In this document: positions 10,328 to 20,985 of the stretch, piece after piece
Layout of the letters: each line of letters begins with the position of its first letter
Position numbering within the stretch: position 1 is the stretch's first letter
Assembly: GCA_021849805.1 (NCBI GenBank)
Contig: JAJZSL010000010.1
Coordinates: 292 to 64,291 of the forward strand
DNA length: 64,000 nt
DNA from: a bacterium
Lineage (GTDB): Bacteria; Verrucomicrobiota; Verrucomicrobiia; Chthoniobacterales; UBA6821
Reading direction: 5' to 3'
Program-made: the position numbers and the translations under genes
Notes under the pieces: model-generated
Told to the model about the DNA's origin: nothing
What the model saw: only the letters and a program-made list of their open reading frames with translations
Database searches by the model: none

Positions 10328-11137
10328 ATGTCTAGAAAATTTGACTCCTCTACTAATACTCACTACTTAGAAGCTCCTGTTGTGCTCAAGTTTGGTACAG
10401 GTATTCTAGCGCAAGCTGGTGGCTGTGCTTTGGACATGTTGCAGATAGAACGATTCGCTCAGGAAATCAGCTCTTTAATGAAAAAAGGAATTCCTTGTGT
10501 TCTTGTAAGTAGTGCAGCGATTACTGCTGGGATTCATATTTTAGGACTCAAGGAACGACCCAACGACGTGGCTGGAAAACAGGCTTGTGCAGCAGTTGGC
10601 CAACCAAGACTGATGGCAGCTTATGCGACTGCTTTTCTAAAACACGAAATCACAACAGCTCAATTACTCCTAACCCATGAGGATATTTTTAATGCATCAA
10701 GGCGCTCTAATGCTCAGAAGACCCTAGAGCGGTTACTTGCCTTCCCCAATCTTCTTCCCATTATAAATGAAAACGATACGGTAGCTACCGAAGAATTAAA
10801 CTTAGGAGATAATGATCAACTTGCAGCTGAGGTTGCGATTATGATGCAAGCCCGATTATTAATTTTACTCACAACTTCCAATGGACTAATGGCTACTGCT
10901 GGAGGTGTTCCAGCAGCTCGCATTTCTGAGGTTCTCAATGTAAAAGAAATATTATGTCATGTGACTTCTTCTAAAGGAGCGAATGCTCGTGGTGGTATGA
11001 TCACAAAAATAAAAGCCACTCAAACAGCTCTCCAAGCGGGGATTGAAGTCGTCATTGCTAGTGGATATGAGCCTAAAGAGATTGAAAAAGCTTTAGCAGG
11101 TGAAGATGTGGGCACACGTTTTCTTCTTCCACGCTAA
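10328..11137 (+). CDS. proB: Glutamate 5-kinase (no PUA domain)
   Basis: VVLKFGT, LVSSAAI, KQACAAVGQ, PIINENDTV, GDNDQLAA, GGMITKI. Confidence 0.93.
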   Translation: MSRKFDSSTNTHYLEAPVVLKFGTGILAQAGGCALDMLQIERFAQEISSLMKKGIPCVLVSSAAITAGIHILGLKERPNDVAGKQACAAVGQPRLMAAYATAFLKHEITTAQLLLTHEDIFNASRRSNAQKTLERLLAFPNLLPIINENDTVATEELNLGDNDQLAAEVAIMMQARLLILLTTSNGLMATAGGVPAARISEVLNVKEILCHVTSSKGANARGGMITKIKATQTALQAGIEVVIASGYEPKEIEKALAGEDVGTRFLLPR

Positions 11138-11925
11138 TGGAGAAAATTTTTCGCTTCTTCAAGCATCTTCGGGTCCTTGCTACTATGACGTTGCGAGAGC
11201 TGATTGACGAAAAGATCTTTCTTCTTTTTTTTCCCCTTATCTTCCTTTTTTTAGGAATTGGATTTTTTCTAGCAATGATTTCCTTGCAAGAAAAAGAACT
11301 TTTATTTCGAGAAACAGTAAGCGGTCTCTTTTCTCTTTTTTTGAGTTTGTTAGCAATAGTGGTATCAGCAACTCAATGTCATGCTCGCTCTGAGAAAATT
11401 TTTCTTTTCTCACGAGGCATTGCCCGCTGGGAATATTTTTTGGGGAAGCTGATGGGAGTGATTCTCTTGCTGTTGGTAGCAAGTGGCCTCTTTGTAATAA
11501 ACCTACTTTTTATTCAATTATACTGGCATGATTTCTCCCTAAAATTTCTTTTTCTCAGGTCACTCGCGGGATCTCTGCTGCAAGCTTCTCTTCTAGCTAC
11601 AATGACCTTTTGCATTGCTACAACGGCTCGTTCTTCTCTCTTTACGATGGTAACGATGCTCTTTGTCTATTTCATTGGTCACGCCTCCTTACCACTCCAA
11701 GAACTCGCTGAGCAAGTTGGGCCTTTTCCCTCATGGATCGAGAAGGGAATAAAAATTTTATGGTTACCTATCCCTTCTTGGTCTCTCTTTCAGGCTCACG
11801 ATGATGCAGTGGGAAGCATGATGCAAGAGCTCACTATGCTCAGTGAAATGCTTAAGCCATTTGGTTTTTATGTCGCTATCTACACAATATTAGGTTGCTG
11901 GATGTTTGAGCGAGAGGAGCGATGA
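11137..11925 (+). CDS. ABC-2-type transporter permease-like membrane protein
   Basis: About 6 hydrophobic segments; LFSRGIARWEYFLGKLMG resembles the ABC-2 'PI.R..Y..GK..G' motif; ends FEREER. Confidence 0.7.
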   Translation: MEKIFRFFKHLRVLATMTLRELIDEKIFLLFFPLIFLFLGIGFFLAMISLQEKELLFRETVSGLFSLFLSLLAIVVSATQCHARSEKIFLFSRGIARWEYFLGKLMGVILLLLVASGLFVINLLFIQLYWHDFSLKFLFLRSLAGSLLQASLLATMTFCIATTARSSLFTMVTMLFVYFIGHASLPLQELAEQVGPFPSWIEKGIKILWLPIPSWSLFQAHDDAVGSMMQELTMLSEMLKPFGFYVAIYTILGCWMFEREER

Positions 11926-12509
11926 AAAGTCTTCTTCTCTTCATTTTTCTTTTTTTCCAGGGAGTATGGCTCTCCTTTTCCCAAGCATCAGTCAATCAGG
12001 AAGAATCAGCTAGAAGAAATGATCATGCTCTTTCAGCAGAAAAGATGCTCCTTCACATAGGAGAATCGACTGTTTTAACTCTTTTCTCAGATTTGCGTGC
12101 TCCTCTGGCAGCGTTCCTCTGGTTGGAGGTGGAGTCTTCTTGGGAGGAGCAGCAATGGGAGAAAATGAGTCGCCTTCTAGAACTCATTGTCAAACTGCAA
12201 CCTCATAATATTACTTATTATACCATGGCTGCTTGGGAACTAGCTTGGAATGCTAGTAGTGCAGTTTCCTCCCAGGAGGAATCGCTTTTCTATATTCAGG
12301 TAGCTCAAAGAATCCTTGAACAAGGAATTTCAAAAAATCCAAGAAGCTCTTCGCTCTATGAATGTTTAGGAATACTTTTGCGTGATCGTCTTGGTGATCA
12401 TCAAAGAGCTGCTATAGCTTTTAGTAGAGCAGCAGCACTGCCTGGTGCTCATCAGTATTTGAAACAGTTTCTTCTCGATGAAATCAATGCTTTGAGTAAT
12501 CATCGTTAA
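11922..12509 (+). CDS. Hypothetical exported protein with TPR-like helices
   Basis: N-terminal hydrophobic stretch; AAWELAWNAS, LEQGISKNPRS..LYE.LG; ATGA overlap with upstream gene. Confidence 0.65.
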   Translation: MKSLLLFIFLFFQGVWLSFSQASVNQEESARRNDHALSAEKMLLHIGESTVLTLFSDLRAPLAAFLWLEVESSWEEQQWEKMSRLLELIVKLQPHNITYYTMAAWELAWNASSAVSSQEESLFYIQVAQRILEQGISKNPRSSSLYECLGILLRDRLGDHQRAAIAFSRAAALPGAHQYLKQFLLDEINALSNHR

Positions 12510-12626
12510 AAATTTTTTCGCTAGCCTCTATGGTTGCTTTCTCAAGAAGTAATGATTCTAGCTCCAAGGTACCAGCAGTACTCTCTATGGAGATTTTGAA
12601 CGCAAGCATACGATCAATCATTTACC

Positions 12627-13595
12627 TTGCATCATCTACCACAGCGCATTCTTATTATTAAACCTAGCTCCATGGGAGATGTCATTCATACTCTTCCCAT
12701 TGTAACTCGATTGCACCAAGCATGGCCAGAAGCAGAGATTGCCTGGCTGATTCATCCTGCTCTTAAAGAGCTTCTAAAAGATTACGCTGCCGTGAGAAAA
12801 ATAATCTTCTTTCCCCGTGAAGAATTTCGAGGCTTCCGAGGAGCGCTCAAAGCCTTCATTTGGATGAGAACGTTGCGTGAATGGAAGCCAGATCTTGCCA
12901 TCGACTTACAAGGCCTTTTGCGTAGTGCTCTTATGGCACGTTTTTCGGGAGCCTCTTTTACTCTTGGTTTGAGTGATGCACGAGAGGGAGCCGCTCTTTT
13001 TTACTCTTCTTATGCTCTTGTCGATCCCAAAGCTCATGCTCTCAAGCGCTATAGCCAAGTACTTGAGAAACTGGCTATCTCCTCTGAAGGACTTTCATTT
13101 CAACTACCTGAGGGAAGAATTCCTGCCGATTTTTCTCTGAGCAGTCCCTTTGTTGTGATCCATCCCTATGCACGTGGTAAGGGGAAAAGCCTTACTCGAG
13201 AACAGGTGCTTGCTTTTGCAGAAGGTGTGAAGCCTTCACCTGTGGTTCTTCTAGGAAAAGGTCCCTCTATGAAGCCTCTTGTAGAGAATATCTTCGATTG
13301 GAGTGGAAAAACAAATCTTCTAGAGCTTATTGGATTATTGCGGCATGCTTCCTTTGTAGTAAGTTCTGATAGTGGTCCAATGCATCTTGCTGCAGCACTG
13401 CAACCACGACGCTTAGTTGCTATTCATCGCTGGAGTGATCCCCGGCGTGTTGGACCTTATGGGCAAGATACTCTTGTCTGGAAAAATGGAGAGCTCAAAC
13501 CTCAGCGTGACTGGGGAGAGGAAGCGGGTCGTTTTGGGAGAGCTCCTACACTCGAAGAAATGAAAGCGCTTGGTAGAATGATTGCTCAGCAATAA
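12627..13595 (+). CDS. Glycosyltransferase family 9 (LPS heptosyltransferase-like)
   Basis: ILIIKPSSMGDVIH, DLAIDLQGLLRSA, DSGPMHLAAA. Confidence 0.93.
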   Translation: MHHLPQRILIIKPSSMGDVIHTLPIVTRLHQAWPEAEIAWLIHPALKELLKDYAAVRKIIFFPREEFRGFRGALKAFIWMRTLREWKPDLAIDLQGLLRSALMARFSGASFTLGLSDAREGAALFYSSYALVDPKAHALKRYSQVLEKLAISSEGLSFQLPEGRIPADFSLSSPFVVIHPYARGKGKSLTREQVLAFAEGVKPSPVVLLGKGPSMKPLVENIFDWSGKTNLLELIGLLRHASFVVSSDSGPMHLAAALQPRRLVAIHRWSDPRRVGPYGQDTLVWKNGELKPQRDWGEEAGRFGRAPTLEEMKALGRMIAQQ

Positions 13596-13602
13596 ATATC
13601 TT

Positions 13603-14739
13603 ATGAAATTTTCTCAGCAGCAACTTCATGATCTTGAAGATCCATCAGCTTCTTTGCTTCGTTTTAAAGAGCTCTTGGATCCTTGTGATGATCTTCTTCT
13701 AGAAAAGAGAGCCCGTACTTCTGCGGCCATCACGCGGCGTTTTTTTGGGAGGACAATGCAACTCTTTGCACCACTTTATCTCTCCAATGAGTGTATTAAT
13801 TCATGCGCTTATTGTGGTTTTTCAAGGGACAATCCTATTTTACGAGTAACCTTAGATATGGAGCAAGTCGCTGCTGAAGCTTCCTATCTCGCATCGCAAG
13901 GATTTCGTTCTGTGCTACTGGTAGCTGGAGAACATCCTAAATTTATTTCTAACGGATACCTCATTGATAGCGTTAAGCGCCTCAAGCCACTTTTTCACTC
14001 CATTATGCTTGAAGTCGCTCCTATGGAGGAAACTGCTTATGAGCAGTTTGTTCAAGCTGGAGTAGAGGGAATCATTGTTTATCAAGAAACGTATAACCCT
14101 GATGTTTATCAGGAGGTTCATACAGCTGGCCCTAAAAAAAATTTTCACTGGCGTCTCGATTCTCTACAACGAGCTTATCAAGCTGGATGTCGACGTTTGG
14201 GGGCAGGTGTTCTTTTTGGTCTTGCTGACTGGCGTACTGAAGCATTAGCTCTCGGAGCACATCTTTTCTTTCTCCAACGTTATTGTTGGCAAGCTCAGCT
14301 CTCGGTGAGTCTGCCGCGCTTGCGTCCTGCTGCAGGTGGATTTTTGCCACGTTTTTCTTTGAGTGATCGTGATTTTGCTCAGCTTCTTTTTGCTCTTAGG
14401 ATCACCTTTCCTAGGATTCAGCTCGTTTTAAGCACCCGTGAGAATGCCACTTTTCGTGATGCTATTGCTCCTCTAGGAGTAACAATGATGAGTGCAGGAA
14501 GTCACACTGAACCGGGTGGTTATACGGGACAGGGAGCAGAAAATCTCCACCATACGCTTGGAGGAAAAAAAATTGAAGTTTCTTGCTATGAGAGATGTGC
14601 TACAAAGCAGTTTGAAATTTCCGATGAGCGCCCACCTTGGTTAGTAGCTAGAAATTTGAAATCCTTAGGGTTTGAAGTGATTTGGAAAGATTGGGATCAT
14701 GAAATTTTAGGAACAAGTGTCGCAGAAAATAAAAAATGA
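13603..14739 (+). CDS. thiH: 2-iminoacetate synthase (radical SAM)
   Basis: LFAPLYLSNEC.NSCAYCGFS, YQETY, SLPRLRP, LSTRE, SAGSHTEPGGY, QFEISDER, WKDWD. Confidence 0.96.
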   Translation: MKFSQQQLHDLEDPSASLLRFKELLDPCDDLLLEKRARTSAAITRRFFGRTMQLFAPLYLSNECINSCAYCGFSRDNPILRVTLDMEQVAAEASYLASQGFRSVLLVAGEHPKFISNGYLIDSVKRLKPLFHSIMLEVAPMEETAYEQFVQAGVEGIIVYQETYNPDVYQEVHTAGPKKNFHWRLDSLQRAYQAGCRRLGAGVLFGLADWRTEALALGAHLFFLQRYCWQAQLSVSLPRLRPAAGGFLPRFSLSDRDFAQLLFALRITFPRIQLVLSTRENATFRDAIAPLGVTMMSAGSHTEPGGYTGQGAENLHHTLGGKKIEVSCYERCATKQFEISDERPPWLVARNLKSLGFEVIWKDWDHEILGTSVAENKK

Positions 14740-14942
14740 AATTGACGAAAATTTTTCTTAATGGTCAAGAACGAGAGATAGAAGCAGAATCCTTGCTAGA
14801 GTTACTTCATGAGTTAGAACTTCCTCTCTCCCACGTTCTAGTTGAGCTCAATGGAGTAGCTCTTTTTCGCAGTGAGCTCGAAAAAGCAGATCTCAAGGCA
14901 GGGGATCGTGTTGAAATTCTTAAAGTCGTTGCAGGGGGGTAG
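14736..14942 (+). CDS. thiS: Sulfur carrier protein
   Basis: 68 aa ubiquitin-like fold ending VAGG, overlaps thiH stop. Confidence 0.93.
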   Translation: MKLTKIFLNGQEREIEAESLLELLHELELPLSHVLVELNGVALFRSELEKADLKAGDRVEILKVVAGG

Positions 14943-15003
14943 AAGAAAACTTGAAGAATGCTTCTAACTTACCGAACACTAGGAGGAGAACGATTCTCTC
15001 CCC

Positions 15004-15447
15004 TTATATTCCTGAAGAGGAGAGCACTTGCGCCAGAGCTCCTAGGGTCACTCCGTAGAGCATATGAGCAAGAAGCTGTGCAAATCCAGTCATTGGACCG
15101 CGTGTGTGATAATAATTAATAGGATGATGTTCCATAATAGCAATGGAAACTAACAACATGATGAAAACTCCATGCAAGGACCCCATCAGTAATCCACTGA
15201 GAGCATTTAAGGGGATGTGAGAGAGTGAGAGAATGAAATAATAGATAAAAGCAAATAAAATTCCTGAGAGAAGATGAAGAATCAACCCAGGAAAAAAAGC
15301 GTGATGAACCTTTCGGGTGACTAGAGCTCCAAGAGCTCTAATGACATCAACACGACCAAACCCTAACCATTTTGGCAAAAGTAGTGCGCTAGTCATAACA
15401 ACAGTTCCAAGTAGGCCGCTAAGAAGAAGGGAGAGGAAGGTTTTCAT
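15004..15447 (-). CDS. Hypothetical 4-TM membrane protein
   Basis: Four hydrophobic helices, His-containing motifs HLLSG, HMLYG. Confidence 0.75.
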   Translation of the reverse strand: MKTFLSLLLSGLLGTVVMTSALLLPKWLGFGRVDVIRALGALVTRKVHHAFFPGLILHLLSGILFAFIYYFILSLSHIPLNALSGLLMGSLHGVFIMLLVSIAIMEHHPINYYHTRGPMTGFAQLLAHMLYGVTLGALAQVLSSSGI

Positions 15448-15543
15448 TTGATTTGTTTAACTTGCTTAAACTAGGGGATCCTTGCTGTTGATCCAAGATG
15501 TTTTTTAGTAATAACAGAGAGATATGAGAGCTTTTTCAATGCA

Positions 15544-15659
15544 GTTGTAGTCGATGTAGTTCCAGAAATAAGGAGCTCAAGACCCCACAGTCTCTTAGTC
15601 TATTCTCTTACTTGAGGACTCGAGCACCGAGGTGACGCGCCGCAATGTGGGGCTACAAC
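15544..15659 (+). repeat. RPE1-like palindromic element, subfamily C copy 1
   Basis: Ends GTTGTAG/CTACAAC; aligns to reverse complement of 46112-46214 (shared TACTTGAGGACTCGAGCA and CGCCGCAATG). Confidence 0.8.
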
Positions 15660-15674
15660 GCTAGTGCAAATGCT

Positions 15675-17822
15675 CTAGTGAAACCCCAATAACATTCCTC
15701 CTTGATATACGAGTAATGATGCTAGATAAGCAGCTCCACTCATGTAACAAAATTGAAAGAGCGGCCAGCGAAGGCTATTTGTCTCACGACGAACAACAGC
15801 TAGGGTGCTCATGCACTGCATCGAGAGAACAAAGAAAATGAGAATTGAGAGACAGGTGAGGGGAGTATATACAGGCGCCCCTGTCGATCGGGTTTCCTTC
15901 AGAAGAGTTGTGCTCAGCGAAGAGGGGTTCTCTTCGTCATGTTGAACATGATAAATAATGGCCAATGTACTAATGAAGACCTCACGAGCTGCTTGAGCTG
16001 CAATAAGACCAATTCCAATTTTCCAATCGAAACCCAGAGGGGCAATAATCGGTTCAATAAGATGCCCAAGATATCCTGCATAGCTATGCTCCAGCTGATC
16101 TGCTTTTTGAGAAGTTACTGTGACTTCTTCATAGAAATGGCTCTTGGAGCTTTCTCTGGAGCTTGAAGAGGAACTTTTAGGAAAGCTCACCAAAAACCAA
16201 AGCAGAATTGAAATGCCCAAAATGACTGTACCAGCTCGTTTTAAAAATAAAGAAGCACGTTGAATCATTTGTAAGAGAATATGACTCATCGATGGCATTC
16301 GATAGGGAGGAAGTTCCATAAGAAAAATGGAATGTTCTCCCGGAAACATGGTCGTTTTAAACAACCAAGCAAAGGCAAGTGCTGCTAAGGTTCCAAGAAG
16401 ATAGAGTCCCATCATGATGGTTCCTTTGAACCAAATGGAAATACTATTTCCTGGAAAGAGCGCTGTAATCATTAATGTGTAGACAGGAAGTCGTGCTGAG
16501 CAACTCATCAATGGTGCAACAAGAATGGTGACCAAACGGTCGTTCGAATTTTCAATAGTTCGCGTTGCCATGATGCCAGGAATGGCACAAGCATAGGAAC
16601 TCAAGAGAGGAATAAAGGATTTTCCATGAAGACCTACTTTATTCATGACTCGGTCCATGAGAAAGGCGGCACGGGCCATGTAACCAGTCTCTTCGAGAAG
16701 TCCTATAAAAAAGAAAAGAATCAAAATTTGTGGTAAAAAAGTAACCACACCACCAATTCCAGCAAGAATGCCATCAACAAAAAGATCACGCAAATCACCT
16801 GATGGCATGAGTTCCTTAATAAAATCACTTGATAATTCAAAGAGAGTCTCAATCCATGACATCGGGTAGGAGGCAATTACAAAAATAGAGAGAAACATCA
16901 ATCCCATAATTCCTAAGAATGCTAACCATCCCCAGCAAGGATGCGTTAAAATCTCATCTAAATAATGAGTGGTTGAATAGCTGGTCATCTTGCCTTCTCC
17001 TTGAACTGCTTGACAGAGTGTTGTAATCCTCTCATATCTTCTCGCAACAAGAACCTCCCTCCATGAAGGCAGGTCTCGGTCAAGCATCATGCGCTGTGCT
17101 AAAGCAATATTAAGCGCTTTCCCTGCGTTCATTTCCTCAGCAAGAAGCATCATGTCCTCAGCAGGTGCTGCTAAGAGCAAGAGTGACTTCATGCGTAAGA
17201 GTGGATCAGGCTCTAGGGAGTGTTCTTCATGGTGAGGCCAAATAGCAGCAATACCATCGATAGCACGAAGAAGAGTTGCTGGAAGTTGAGGAGACCAAGA
17301 ACTACGCTCGATTTCAGCACGACTGAGGGCTAGCTTTAAAGGGAGGAGAGTTTCTTTTCTGGTAGCTTGAGAGGGGATGACGGGAACTCCTAACTCTTGA
17401 GAAAGTTTTTCAACATTTACCCTTCTCCCCTGTGCTTGAGCAAGGTCGACCATATTTAAGGCAACAATGGTGGGAAGACCTAGTTCCAGGACTTGTGTAA
17501 TGAAGTAGAGATTACGCTCGAGATGAGACGCATCAATAACACAGAGAATTCTTTCTGGTCTTGGAGTGTCGTTGCGCAGTCCAAGTAAAACATCCCGAGT
17601 AACCCTCTCATCAGGAGCATGAGCACTGAGACTATAGCTGCCTGGCAAATCTAAAAGCTCAATTTTCTCCCCATGTTGTCCAATGAAAAACCCTGCTTTT
17701 TTCTCTACGGTAACTCCGGGATAGTTTCCAACTTTTTGTCTTAATCCAGTCAGCGCATTAAAAAGGGTTGTTTTACCGCTATTAGGGTTGCCGACAACGG
17801 CATAGTATTTAGAACGATTCAT
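15675..17822 (-). CDS. feoB: Ferrous iron transporter B
   Basis: GNPNSGKTTLFNALTG, GNYPGVTVE, DLPG.YSL, NMVD, MSCSARLPVY, MELPPY. Confidence 0.98.
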   Translation of the reverse strand: MNRSKYYAVVGNPNSGKTTLFNALTGLRQKVGNYPGVTVEKKAGFFIGQHGEKIELLDLPGSYSLSAHAPDERVTRDVLLGLRNDTPRPERILCVIDASHLERNLYFITQVLELGLPTIVALNMVDLAQAQGRRVNVEKLSQELGVPVIPSQATRKETLLPLKLALSRAEIERSSWSPQLPATLLRAIDGIAAIWPHHEEHSLEPDPLLRMKSLLLLAAPAEDMMLLAEEMNAGKALNIALAQRMMLDRDLPSWREVLVARRYERITTLCQAVQGEGKMTSYSTTHYLDEILTHPCWGWLAFLGIMGLMFLSIFVIASYPMSWIETLFELSSDFIKELMPSGDLRDLFVDGILAGIGGVVTFLPQILILFFFIGLLEETGYMARAAFLMDRVMNKVGLHGKSFIPLLSSYACAIPGIMATRTIENSNDRLVTILVAPLMSCSARLPVYTLMITALFPGNSISIWFKGTIMMGLYLLGTLAALAFAWLFKTTMFPGEHSIFLMELPPYRMPSMSHILLQMIQRASLFLKRAGTVILGISILLWFLVSFPKSSSSSSRESSKSHFYEEVTVTSQKADQLEHSYAGYLGHLIEPIIAPLGFDWKIGIGLIAAQAAREVFISTLAIIYHVQHDEENPSSLSTTLLKETRSTGAPVYTPLTCLSILIFFVLSMQCMSTLAVVRRETNSLRWPLFQFCYMSGAAYLASLLVYQGGMLLGFH

Positions 17823-17825
17823 TCT

Positions 17826-18080
17826 TCAAGAGTCATTAGAAGTGCAGGAGTTAATTTTCTTGACCATAATGCAAGTGGCTTCTTCTTTGCGAAGACTCAA
17901 CCGATAACCCCGCAACTTAATTTCAATAGGATCACCAAGTGGTGCTCGACGAATGTAAGTGATAGCTGTGCCAGGGAGTAATCCCATTTCACATAATCGT
18001 GAAGCAATCCGTTGATCTTTGGGTAGTGCTAGAATGATTGCTTCATCTTGAGATTCTAGTTCAGAGAGGGAAGTCGTCAT
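17826..18080 (-). CDS. feoA: Ferrous iron transport protein A
   Basis: RLCEMGLLPG..RRAPLGDPIEI..LSLRKEEA. Confidence 0.95.
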   Translation of the reverse strand: MTTSLSELESQDEAIILALPKDQRIASRLCEMGLLPGTAITYIRRAPLGDPIEIKLRGYRLSLRKEEATCIMVKKINSCTSNDS

Positions 18081-18165
18081 AACGAATGTTCATCGTATTA
18101 TTATTGTCAAAGGGCCATTGATCTGAAGCTTTTCGCCGAGTGCATGTGGGAAGAATCTTCCATAT

Positions 18166-18414
18166 TTAACTTGAAAGCTGATGAGATTTGACCCAAATCT
18201 TCTTCGCTAATTGCTGGCTGAGGGCCAATCGTGTTCCACATACTTGACAAATCAATTGTCCGCGATGACTTAAGAGAAGTATTTCTGCTTTTTCACAAAA
18301 TCCAACTTCGCGGAGCCTTCGGCAAACCGCTTCGTTTCCTTCAAGTCGTTCTACGGAGAGCAGAGAACCTGCCCTAGCTTCTGATAATGGAGTGAGAGAG
18401 ACATCGGAGTTCAT
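18166..18414 (-). CDS. feoA: FeoA-family protein (second paralogue)
   Basis: RRLREVGF, GTRLALSQQLAKKIWV; upstream of feoA-feoB. Confidence 0.88.
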   Translation of the reverse strand: MNSDVSLTPLSEARAGSLLSVERLEGNEAVCRRLREVGFCEKAEILLLSHRGQLICQVCGTRLALSQQLAKKIWVKSHQLSS

Positions 18415-18530
18415 GAATCCTTTCTCTCATTATAGAAGGGAGAGAGAAGGCATGCAATACTTCTGAAAAAGAGAACCTGATCCTTGACACAGCTAGTTTC
18501 TATTTTAGAAACTCATGACTTCCGCTGCTT

Positions 18531-18602
18531 GCCGACGTAGCACAGTGGTAGTGCAGCTGATTCGTAATCAGCAGGTCAGGGGTTCGAATCCCCTCGTCGG
18601 CT
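18531..18602 (+). tRNA. tRNA-Thr (CGT)
   Basis: Acceptor GCCGACG/CGTCGGC, anticodon arm GCTGA-TTCGTAA-TCAGC, GGTTCGAATCC; TTGACA at 18484 upstream. Confidence 0.96.
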
Positions 18603-18759
18603 TGATTTCGTACTCATCTACTGAAATAAACTACAAAACAACAACCAGATCATGGAGAGATTTTATAAATCGATAATCTCTTATCTTCAGAGCTACTTGA
18701 ATCATTGACTTGGTAGTAGTTGTGAAATCCTAAAGTAGCCAAAGTGTCGTAAAAGTTTT

Positions 18760-19827
18760 ATGAAAAAAGCATTAATTACAGGTATTACAGGTCAAGATGG
18801 TTCTTATCTTGCAGAATTACTCTTAGAAAAAGGATATGAAGTACACGGAGTTATTCGTCGTGCCTCTAGCTTTAATACACATCGTCTTGATCATCTCTAT
18901 CAGGATCCACATTTTCATGAAAATCATCTCTTCTTACACTATGGAGATTTAGCTGATTCTGTCCAAATGGTAAAATTACTCTATGAGTTAAAACCTCATG
19001 AAATCTACAATCTTGGTGCACAGAGTCATGTTCGTGTCTCTTTTGATATTCCAGAATATACAGGTGATGTGACTGGAGTGAGTACAATTCGCTTACTAGA
19101 AGCGATTCGTGAAGCTGGTTTAGCAAAAAATACTCGTTTTTATCAAGCTTCTTCCTCTGAAATGTTTGGTCAAGTGCATGAAGTTCCTCAGAGAGAAACA
19201 ACACCATTTCATCCTCGCTCTCCTTATGGTTGTGCTAAAGTATTTGCTTATTGGTTAACGGTGAATTATCGCGAAGCCTACAACCTTCATGCTTCTAATG
19301 GTATTCTCTTTAATCATGAGAGCCCACGGCGTGGTGAGACTTTTGTAACTCGTAAAATTACGCGCGCAGCAACTCGAATTAAGCTAGGTCTTCAAGAGAA
19401 GCTATTCTTAGGCAATCTTGATGCACAACGAGACTGGGGTTACGCCAAAGAATATGTTGAAGTCATGTGGTTAATGCTGCAGCAAGATCAGCCAGATGAT
19501 TATGTTTGTGCCACAGGAGAGACCCATACAATTCGTGAATTTTGTCAGGAGTGTTTTGGGCTACTTGATCTAGACTGGAGGGAATATGTTCAACACGACG
19601 CCCGCTATGAGCGTCCAAGTGAAGTTGAATTGCTCATTGGTGATCCTTCTAAATTAAAACATCAGCTTGGTTGGGAACCAAAAGTAAAATTCAAAGAGCT
19701 TGTGAAAATTATGACAGAAGCTGATTTGAAACTTGCTTACCAAGAGCTTGCTCATCAAAATTATCAAGAAAATATGGCTGGTGAACAAATATCAAGTAGC
19801 CCTCGAGCATGTTCAAGAACTCTCTAG
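18760..19827 (+). CDS. gmd: GDP-mannose 4,6-dehydratase
   Basis: [48 protein letters not shown]. Confidence 0.98.
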   Translation: MKKALITGITGQDGSYLAELLLEKGYEVHGVIRRASSFNTHRLDHLYQDPHFHENHLFLHYGDLADSVQMVKLLYELKPHEIYNLGAQSHVRVSFDIPEYTGDVTGVSTIRLLEAIREAGLAKNTRFYQASSSEMFGQVHEVPQRETTPFHPRSPYGCAKVFAYWLTVNYREAYNLHASNGILFNHESPRRGETFVTRKITRAATRIKLGLQEKLFLGNLDAQRDWGYAKEYVEVMWLMLQQDQPDDYVCATGETHTIREFCQECFGLLDLDWREYVQHDARYERPSEVELLIGDPSKLKHQLGWEPKVKFKELVKIMTEADLKLAYQELAHQNYQENMAGEQISSSPRACSRTL

Positions 19828-19994
19828 CTACTCATGGCAGTATTACTGCGGCACCTCTCTCCTCCATTATTTTTTGTAGCGTGGAGTACTCTATTGCTCC
19901 TTGTAGCGTGTGGATAGGAGATCGAATACATTATTTTTAAATGCTCTGTCCAAAAAGAGCGATTCTTTGTTGATGGAATCTATTTTTTGAATTT

Positions 19995-20960
19995 GTGTCT
20001 AAAACAACTATTTCTCCCTCTTCGCGTATCTATCTTGCAGGTCATCGTGGCATGGTTGGCTCCGCTCTTCTGCGAAAGCTTCAAGCTCATGGTTGCAATC
20101 ATCTCATTCTAAGGACGCGCCAAGAATTAGATCTTTGTGATGGAGCAGCGGTTCGGTCCTTTTTTGATGAGGAGCAACCAGAAATCGTCATTATTGCTGC
20201 AGCACGTGTTGGCGGTATTCATGCCAATGCAACGTATCCTGCAGAATTTTTACATGAAAATTTAGCTTCTGCTCATCATCTCATTCATGAAGCTTATCGT
20301 CATGGAGTGAAGAGACTTTTATTTTTGGGTAGCTCTTGTATTTATCCACGAGAATCACCGCAGCCCATTAAAGAGGAATACCTGCTCACTGCTCCCTTAG
20401 AATCGACTAATGAAGCTTATGCAATTGCTAAAATTGCTGGCTTAAAGCTCTGTCAGTTTTATCGTCAACAATATGGAGTGCTCTTTCATGCTGCCATGCC
20501 AACCAATCTCTATGGACCTGGTGATAACTATCATTTGGAAAATGCACATGTTCTACCAGCTCTTCTTCGACGATTTCACGAAGCAAAGGAAAACCAAGGT
20601 GACTCACTCACTCTTTGGGGAACAGGTAAGAGCCGACGTGAATTTTTACATGTCGACGATTTGGCTTCAGCCCTCTTACTACTGCTCCAGATAGAGGATC
20701 CTCCTCCTTGGATTAATGTGGGCAGTGGTAGTGATATTACTATTAGAGAGCTTGCCTCACTTATTGCACGTATCGTTGGTTTTGAAGGAAATATTCAGTG
20801 GGATGCTAAACGTCCAGATGGAACATTACGAAAGCTCATGGATAGTAGTAAAATCATGGCTTTAGGCTGGCAACCAACTTTCACGCTCCAGTCAGGGATT
20901 GAACATGCTTATGCTGATTTTTTGAATGCTCAGAGAAAACAAATTCTCAGGATTCAGTAG
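19995..20960 (+). CDS. fcl: GDP-L-fucose synthase
   Basis: AGHRGMVGSA, AARVGGIHAN, FLGSSCIYP, TNEAYAIAK, MPTNLYGP.DN. Confidence 0.97.
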   Translation: MSKTTISPSSRIYLAGHRGMVGSALLRKLQAHGCNHLILRTRQELDLCDGAAVRSFFDEEQPEIVIIAAARVGGIHANATYPAEFLHENLASAHHLIHEAYRHGVKRLLFLGSSCIYPRESPQPIKEEYLLTAPLESTNEAYAIAKIAGLKLCQFYRQQYGVLFHAAMPTNLYGPGDNYHLENAHVLPALLRRFHEAKENQGDSLTLWGTGKSRREFLHVDDLASALLLLLQIEDPPPWINVGSGSDITIRELASLIARIVGFEGNIQWDAKRPDGTLRKLMDSSKIMALGWQPTFTLQSGIEHAYADFLNAQRKQILRIQ

Positions 20961-20985
20961 CAGTAGATGGTGTCTTCTATGAGAA

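Noticed and set aside
10031-10370. ORFs 10035-10370(+) and 10031-10249(-)
   Set aside because: They run through a decayed palindromic element and have no protein-like features.
12510-13602. TPP riboswitch for thiH-thiS
   Set aside because: No TPP aptamer motif recognised; thiH directly follows the GT9 gene.
19828-19994. Weak hairpins between gmd and fcl
   Set aside because: Short imperfect stems that I could not align to any repeat subfamily.
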